From contig JBIIAT010000003.1 in the NCBI GenBank assembly GCA_044239775.1, positions 40,584 to 104,583 of the forward strand: DNA of 64,000 bases, written 5' to 3'. Position numbers and translations under genes: made by a program. This stretch comes from Rhodoluna sp. GTDB taxonomy: Bacteria; Actinomycetota; Actinomycetes; Actinomycetales; Microbacteriaceae. Below are positions 62,110-64,000 of the stretch, one piece after another (the stretch's first letter is position 1; each line of letters opens with the position of its first letter). Below the pieces are notes generated by a model, which worked only from the letters and a program-made list of their open reading frames with translations, was not told the origin of the DNA and did not search any database.

Positions 62110-62981
62110 ACTGGCTAATAGCCTTAGTTGCCTCACTACTAGTAGCGGTGGCAATCTGGGGCATATTTATTGAACGAGCGTTTTACGTAGTTCGAAAAGA
62201 GTCGGTTAGGGTTTTGCCTTTGGGTTCAAATACAATAACCGTTTTACAGGTTGGCGACATTCACATGGCCCCTTGGCAGAAGTCAAAACAACGATTCATT
62301 AAATCGCTGGCGAAGTATCCGATTGACTTGGTTGTAAACACCGGGGATAACTTGGGTCACCCGAGAGCTATCGCATCGTTATTGCAGTCGCTAGGGCCTT
62401 TAATGTCCAAGAAAGGTGTTTTTGTTAATGGTTCCAATGACTACTTTGGTCCAGTGATGAAAAACCCATTCGGTTATATTTTCCATACCTCAGAGGCCCC
62501 CAATTCCGCTCCATTGGACACAGCGCAGATGACAGACGCTTTCGAACAAGCCGGCTGGGTGAACCTAAACAACCATAGCTCTGAGCTAATTGTGGCTGGC
62601 AACAAAATCAGATTCATTGGACTAGATGATTACCACATTGGTTATAGCGATAGCTCCAAGCTTTCAGCTAGCTCTGATTTCACAATCGCTCTGACTCATG
62701 CCCCATACCTTGAAGCAGTCGAAACGCTTACCAAACTTGGAGCGGAACTGATCTTTGCAGGTCACACTCACGGAGGTCAGGTGCGAATTCCCTTTTTTGG
62801 TGCACTTACCACCAACAGCAATCTCCCAAACAAGTACGCACGCGGATTTTCTGGCTGGAGTTTTCAAGGTAAGAGCTCAATTCTTAGCGTAGTTGCAGGT
62901 TTGGGTAATTCAATTTTTGCACCGGTGAGGTTTGCTTGTTTTCCTGAGGTAAGGCTTATTACGTTGCTAGAGCGAGACTAA
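62100..62981 (+). CDS. Metallophosphoesterase
   Basis: DIH, TGDN, GSND, H and GHTHGGQ motifs. Confidence 0.9.
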   Translation: MSINWLIALVASLLVAVAIWGIFIERAFYVVRKESVRVLPLGSNTITVLQVGDIHMAPWQKSKQRFIKSLAKYPIDLVVNTGDNLGHPRAIASLLQSLGPLMSKKGVFVNGSNDYFGPVMKNPFGYIFHTSEAPNSAPLDTAQMTDAFEQAGWVNLNNHSSELIVAGNKIRFIGLDDYHIGYSDSSKLSASSDFTIALTHAPYLEAVETLTKLGAELIFAGHTHGGQVRIPFFGALTTNSNLPNKYARGFSGWSFQGKSSILSVVAGLGNSIFAPVRFACFPEVRLITLLERD

Positions 62982-63565
62982 TCGCTGTGAGCCCAGGCTT
63001 TAGGGCCCAGTGCGATGTAATCGCCATTACTATTTTCGCATCTGGCGGATTGCTCTTCGACAAAACATAAGAAGCCAAAATCAGTAACACTCTCACCACT
63101 GGCTAGCACTGGTGCACCGGATGGATCCGAGTAGAGACTGCTTACGCAAGCAAATCCTGCGGTCTGTTCCCCGGAAACAGGTTTACTCAACAGCCTCAAT
63201 TGACTACCGTATGCATTCTGGCAGTCATCTGGAATTGCAACTGACTCATACAAAGCATCCGCTTCGGAATGCTCGCAAACTGCAACATTCTCAGCTTCGC
63301 TCAAAGTACACCAAGTTGGCCCGTCTCCCGCACGAAAAATCAGATCGCCGTTACTGCTAATGAATTTACTTGGTTCAACAATTACTAAATCAACTGGTGC
63401 CTCTGTTGGCGCCGCACTTGCCTCAACTGTTGGAGTGGAATCGGGAGTCGGTGTTGGGTTAGCTGTTGGTTCCTGCTCCGCGGAGCATCCAGTAAAGCTA
63501 AGGCTAACTAGCACAATTGCTGTAATAAGCACTTTACTACCCATACCTAAATGGTAGTTCCGCAA
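62978..63565 (-). CDS. Hypothetical Cys-rich lipoprotein (start possibly at a downstream ATG)
   Basis: Lipobox FTGC, Pro/Thr linker and six further Cys residues. Confidence 0.7.
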   Translation of the reverse strand: MRNYHLGMGSKVLITAIVLVSLSFTGCSAEQEPTANPTPTPDSTPTVEASAAPTEAPVDLVIVEPSKFISSNGDLIFRAGDGPTWCTLSEAENVAVCEHSEADALYESVAIPDDCQNAYGSQLRLLSKPVSGEQTAGFACVSSLYSDPSGAPVLASGESVTDFGFLCFVEEQSARCENSNGDYIALGPKAWAHSD

Positions 63566-63612
63566 CGAGCCTAAGGCCGATGTTCCACGCCGAGAGTTTT
63601 TCTCCAGCCTGC

Positions 63613-64000
63613 CTAAAACTCTCGGGCGACTAATTCGGCGATCTCGTAAGTATTTAAGGCAGCTCCTTTTCGAAGGTTATCGCCCACTACGAACATGTCA
63701 ATGCTGTTTTCAAAATCCAAGGGTTGCCTTACCCGACCAACAAATGTTGGGTCTTGCCCAGCCACAAAGTTCGGGGTTGGGTAAACACCATTTTCTGGGT
63801 CATCCATCAGTACCACGCTTGGCTGCTTTTCTAGTTCTTGCCAGACCTCGGCAACCGTAAGGGGGTTTGCAAAGGTTGCGTGAACAGCCAGGCTGTGAGA
63901 GACCTGAACCGGTACCCGAACGCAGCTAGCTGCTACCTTCAGCTCCTTGATGCCAAGAATCTTTCTGGATTCGTCCCTAACTTTCATCTCTTCGGAGGAA
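63613..64000 (-). CDS. asd: Aspartate-semialdehyde dehydrogenase, 3' part (truncated by window edge)
   Basis: ESRKILG, CVRVPV, VGRVR and [10 protein letters not shown]. Confidence 0.95.
   Translation of the reverse strand, partial: SSEEMKVRDESRKILGIKELKVAASCVRVPVQVSHSLAVHATFANPLTVAEVWQELEKQPSVVLMDDPENGVYPTPNFVAGQDPTFVGRVRQPLDFENSIDMFVVGDNLRKGAALNTYEIAELVAREF

Overview
This window is core-genome sequence from a streamlined, mid-GC freshwater Microbacteriaceae bacterium. The Luna-cluster (Aquiluna/Rhodoluna-like) assignment is inferred from gene order and the actinorhodopsin gene. It carries an XPB helicase pair, an OmpR-type two-component system, an orphan WXG100 gene, groEL with two CIRCE operators, cspA, msrB, msiK with the msiK RNA motif, rlmB-cysS-ispDF-carD, a phosphate cluster (regX3-senX3/phoU, ppk1, mutT1, pstSCAB), glnR, mgtE, glpX, actinorhodopsin, galT, pncA, dacB, aspA, ktrAB, an MpaB/DUF2236 oxygenase, holB-tmk-topA, a minimal Tad/Flp pilus locus headed by a 6C RNA, acs, ridA, ponA and the 3' end of asd. 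It has three tRNAs (Thr-TGT, Lys-TTT, Thr-CGT) and several small ORFs missing from the ORF track. I saw no CRISPR array, integrase or transposase. Four signals stand out: (1) an NtaA/DmoA monooxygenase gene sits between two diverged ~330-bp copies of the last tad gene, one of them frameshifted; (2) msiK appears to start at an ACG codon directly behind the msiK RNA motif; (3) the actinorhodopsin gene has a structured 5' leader and no retinal-synthesis gene nearby, although candidate redox and oxygenase genes are present; (4) 11-bp-phased PHO-box repeats lie upstream of phoU, pstS and ppk1. All family assignments come from recognising motifs by eye, not from database searches.
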